The notes under the pieces are model-generated. The model made no database searches. It was not told the DNA's origin and worked only from the letters and a program-made list of their open reading frames with translations. The position numbers were made by a program, and so were the translations under genes. Positions 59,630 through 64,000 of a stretch of 64,000 nucleotides of DNA are shown piece after piece. Source of the stretch: Pseudogymnoascus verrucosus (taxonomy: Eukaryota); the NCBI GenBank assembly GCA_001662655.1, contig KV460208.1; one strand, written 5' to 3'. Position 1 is the stretch's first letter. Each line of letters begins with the position of its first letter.

Positions 59630-61688
59630 CTATGTACTCTCCTCCAATTTGTCGCCCAGGACGCCGCTCAAAGACTGGGAGATATCAGAACCAGCCGACC
59701 CTAGCTCAGCGACAATATCATCCATCCGCCGCCTCTTGCGCCTAATATCCTTCAGCGCCGCTTCATACTTCGCGCACTTAGCTTTGAGCTGTAGTATAAC
59801 CTCATCCGAGTGCCTTGAAGCAGGCAGATGTGTCACAGAGCCGCCAGCTACCGTACCCAGCTCCGCTCTCTGCATTAATAGCCTCTCTTTCTCCGCCAGG
59901 TCCGCCGCCATAATTTTCCGTTCCTCAGCAGCCATGAGTTCTAGACGACTCGCCATTCTCACAATTTCGACATACTGCTTCCCCTCCTTGACGCCCGCAT
60001 TACGGTATTCATCCCTCGCCTCGCTGACGTCCGAGACCTCCTTTTCGAGCTCCGCGATTCTATCCATCAGCCTACTCCTGTCTTCGGAAAGGACGTTGAC
60101 TTCGTTGTCGGCTACGACCTGCTTCTCTTCCAGCGCGCGTGACCGTGTTTGCGACCGAGATAATGCGGCGAGTAACTTGTCGTGCTCTTGCTGGAGTGTT
60201 TGTAGGGCGTAGGCTTTGACGGAAACCTCGTGCTGGAGAGTCGCAGTATGAGTGGCCACAGCAGGCGGAACTGCGCCACCTATAGCCCCTGAGCTGAATG
60301 ACGATGAGTGCGAAGGAGATAATGACTGATGAGGCGGCTGGGGGGGCTTGTTTGCCGAAGAAGATGGCGGGAAGGTGGATGAGTCCGGTGATGACATATT
60401 ATATGAGGGCGAAGAGTTGTGTGGCCTCTGTGGCGATGTAATGTGCCTCCCAGGGGCCGGGGGCGGATTCATTGAAGGGAGCTTGAACCCCGAGGACTCT
60501 GCGTGAGATGTCGAACTGAAGTATATCGGTGGTAATCTATCGGTGGTAGATGGACTTGCCGACGAGTGTCGGCGTGCATCCCCAGGACGGCCCTGATGCG
60601 TAGACTGGCGTTCCATCCCTCGCGTGTCCATATATTCTAACCGACGTCTTTTCGAGGCGTCGTCAGATTCCGACGAGAAATATCGTTCCAACGTCGGGGG
60701 GTTGTGTTCGAGTTTAATGTTTTCTAACGGTTTGTGCTGATGCCCCTCCTTGACCTTAACCAAATAGACCGGTCCAAGCTGGACTACATTTTTGGCAAGA
60801 TCGTTTACTTCATTTAGTAGGCCAAGTATCCGATGTATTTCAGGGAAATTCGGAACATCATCGTGCACCGTCCCTTGTCTGAGGCACTAAGAAATGTTAG
60901 AAACTTCTACTGACGCTATGTCCACCATGTCCGCTCCGTGGAAGCTACTCACATGTTCATGGATTTCCTGATATGGCCCGAACGGCCCTAGTGACGTTTC
61001 GAATTTTTGTATCATAGAAATAAATTCCTTTATCTGAGGTCTGAACAAATTGCACTTCTCGCAGTTTTGTTCAAAAAGTGAGACCTTTGCCGACGAGGAC
61101 CCACGGCGCGGATCTGCGGCCCCCAACTCCTCCGCAGCAAGCGTATATGACGACCTCCTCGTATCTTGACTTCCCTGGTACATCGTTTCTATTTCAACCG
61201 ATCAGCATTCGCAACTCACCGCCATAATTTTGCGACTTACCATTTGAAGACGACGGAGGATCGAAATTTGTTTGGAAGCTAGAGCCGCTACTCTCGCGAC
61301 GGTATTTTGTCCATGGAGGCTGTGACGGAAATGGAGCCGCATTATGATCGGGTCTGCCTAGTGGCGCATCGCGAGAGTCTACAGGCTGCCGTCGCTCAGC
61401 CCCATAGCTATCCTCCAAGCCAGTCCCATACCGGGCTGGCTCTGGCTTCGCAGTCCAACCCTGTGTCTGTGCGCTTGTATCCCAACCAATTTGTTGGGCA
61501 GCTGTATCAGACGACCTCCGCGCGGTATGTATCGGTCCACTGAGATGTCGGAAGTGCGAAGGCGGTTGGCCCTCACCAGATCTCGGGCCGGCGCTGTGAG
61601 AGCTCGGAGAGGCGTCCCCTCCCTCCCATGATCGTTTGGCAGGTATGTTCGGAGTTGATCTCAGAGAGTCCCATCCAGGCGCGTCCAT
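59630..61688 (-). CDS. Hypothetical protein with C-terminal coiled coil; 3 exons (61688-61241, 61188-60953, 60886-59630)
   Basis: Introns 61189-61240 and 60887-60952 (GT-AG with branch sites) join three ORFs in frame. Coiled coil LQHEVSVKAYALQTLQQEHDKLLAALSRSQ. Confidence 0.78.
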
Positions 61689-62648
61689 GACCAACAAGCC
61701 TTCCCCCCCCAAGCTACCCGGATGGGGCCGCGCTTGTGGTCTGTAGTAGGTCGTCGAATAAGCTCAGCCCTGCGGCGGAGCATTGGTTTGGGAGAGAGCC
61801 CTGAGAGCTCTTGGGGGCGAACTGGCAGTGACACACGTTAGCAACATGCTCATCGGCGACATTGGAGGTTTTCGGTGATCATACTTGTCCGAGGTGTATC
61901 CCATTCGGGGTAAGGTATGACGCTAGATGATTCAATGACCGATGGCCGCCTCATTGGGGTTGCTGGAGGTGTCTATCACACCTCCATCATCGGGAACTGC
62001 TTGGAGTAGAATAGAGTCGGGTATAGCAGAGTAGAGCAGGTGCAGAGGGAACGCGATTAATGAAGAACGGGGCTTGTGATTAGTGGGAATGATATGCAGC
62101 CAGCGTAGTAACTGCTGAGGTAATGATATACAGCAAGAGGCGGGCGGGCGACGGCAGTAAATATGAATTAAGCATTAAAAGCAGGGGAGGAGGAGCGAGG
62201 ATGAGGGAAGAACGAGGCTGTATGTAGGAAGACACTCTTCTCTCTACTTTCAGAGTATGATTTGATTTGATTTGATTTGATGATTTGAGGAGGTTGCGCC
62301 ACTTACACACGAGGCGGCTTTTGCTAATAACAAGAAGCTCTCTCACCACCACCCACAGTAACATAACAGTACATACAACAGTAGTGGAGAGTGAGATTTT
62401 CGGGGATACAGCTCAACTCCGAAACTCCTGACGGACGGAGGACCCTTTGGTGGCTCGATCCTATAAACGCCAAGACTCTGATGTATGCATGGAACGCGTA
62501 GTAGCGACCGAAGAGTAATCGGGTCACCGGGGGGTGTGCATGGAAGGAAAGACAAGTGGCAGACTATGCGCACACCCCCGAAAGGTCCGACGAATGGTTC
62601 CAAGAGGATTTCGAGAGAATTTCAAGTTATTTCAAGAGAACCTGTATG

Positions 62649-62727
62649 TGCTGACTCCCGTGACCCTGCGTATATTCTGGGGAGTAGATGCTGACTCTCG
62701 TGACCGGATGCCTCTTCCGCGGAGTAG
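62649..62727. repeat. Degenerate 40-bp tandem duplication
   Basis: tgctgactc(c/t)cgtgacc at 62649 and 62689; ggagtag at 62681 and 62721. Confidence 0.7.
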
Positions 62728-63718
62728 TTTCGACCGACGTGACTAAGCCGTAGCATCAATGAAGCATACCGAGGAGGGGTGTCAGCACCAACCAGGCGTG
62801 AGCGTAACGCTTTGTAAGTTTATGTAAATGTCGTCTCAAGCCACTTATACCGCTCTTGGTTAATGAAAATAGATGACAAATTGTGGCGCTAATTCTGACA
62901 ACCCACGTTGTGGATATCTGGGGAGAAACAATATCCGATGATCCCATGTGTCCCATACCCATAGCCGTATTTACTGCCCCTACCACTTTCTCTCGAAGTA
63001 TAGCAGTATGCCCATCCCCATCCGCATCCCCATCATCATCAAATCATAAGCCAACCAACAATCCCGAAGTACGGCCATACTCCCCTCCCTCCTAAGTGGC
63101 CAGCACCCACTTCCTTCCTTCTCTTCCCTGAAATGTGTGCTTCCATATATCCATATCCAGTCCGCAGGCCCGCTCGTACACCGCACTATGGGCGTAAAGT
63201 ACAGTAGGGCTGCGTCGGGGGGCTGATGATTAATCCAAACTGCGAGCTAGGTGTGGGTACTTGTGTACGTACGTGCATGGTATGGCGCCGGAGGATGGTA
63301 GCTCTTCATCCGCGGGATACAGAGAGAGGTCAGCATTGCGAGCTCTCGGGGGGTTATGCGGAGGGAGGTGACATGGTTTGCGCTTACTTCTGTACTTTGT
63401 GTAAGCCGTTTGGGCGTCTGACACGACGACCCGAACCCAAGTTGGGCCCAATGAATTTCCAGGTAGGTAGAGAGAAAGAAAGAAAGAAAGAGAGAGGTGA
63501 GAGGCTAATTGCGGTCTCATGGGGGAGCGAAATTTGTTCACGATGTGATGTGCCATCGTCTCTTGGCCTGCAATAGCAATAATAGTTGGGTTGGGGTATA
63601 ATAGAATTGATTAAGCCATCCAGCCTGTCTTTCATGTGCTTTCCATCCCCCGTCTCCGGTCTACTCGAAACAATCTCTCCGCTCTGCACCTTGTACTATA
63701 ACACATAAAAATCTTCAT

Positions 63719-64000
63719 CTAGCTATACCTCCGACCCCTCTTCGACGGCGGTGGTGACGGCGACCTCGAATCCCTGTATTCGCGCCGTCTCTTTGGCGGA
63801 GGCGACGCGGACCTCGGTCCTCGTCTACGCGCTAGGCTCAGCGAACGCTCTGCTGAGGGAGACAACGACCGCGAGTCTGAGCGCGAGCGGCTAATGCTCC
63901 TTCCCCTCTTTGCAGCTCCAGAACGCCTGCGGGGACTAGCAGAGCGCGAACGACCGCGCGAAACTGGGCGGGCTGCTCCTGCTCCTCGGACTGGGGAGCG
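63719..64000 (-). CDS. 3' end of an Arg/Ser-rich (RS-domain) protein gene, probably splicing-related; truncated by the window edge
   Basis: Open frame from 64000 to TAG at 63719: RSPVRG...SRGRSRSASPRRRS...SRSRSDSRSLSP...RSPSPPPSKRGRRYS*. Confidence 0.7.
   Translation of the reverse strand, partial: RSPVRGAGAARPVSRGRSRSASPRRRSGAAKRGRSISRSRSDSRSLSPSAERSLSLARRRGPRSASPPPKRRREYRDSRSPSPPPSKRGRRYS

Overview
Eukaryotic DNA from a filamentous ascomycete (Pezizomycotina; genus cannot be fixed from sequence alone), as shown by short GT-AG introns with CTRAC branch sites and fungal-type proteins. It is a gene-dense housekeeping region of about 25 protein-coding genes. Recognisable genes are DPM3, a SmgGDS/Bem4-like ARM protein, TOF1/Timeless, 3-hydroxyacyl-CoA dehydrogenase, a Pah1-type homeobox factor, a PaaI/ACOT13 thioesterase, TFB2, TANGO2/NRDE, SEA4/MIOS, EFG1, CCS1, an MFS transporter, 6-phosphogluconolactonase, a SET-MYND protein and PHO13. 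I spliced the exon structures by hand. DPM3 and the 10-exon thioesterase are essentially missing from the ORF track. I recognised no rRNA, tRNA, CRISPR, autonomous transposon or secondary-metabolite cluster, and I found no convincing multi-gene novel system. The best leads are single loci: a CENP-P/Ctf19-like protein with an 8-copy linear-motif array, a candidate fungal augmin HAUS8 subunit, a PTS1-bearing TANGO2, a stand-alone tandem dsRBD protein, a structured long intron (possible H/ACA snoRNA), a GC-AG intron, clustered FarA/Ctf1 sites, a MITE-like element and a spliced uORF. All family assignments come from motif recognition, not database searches.
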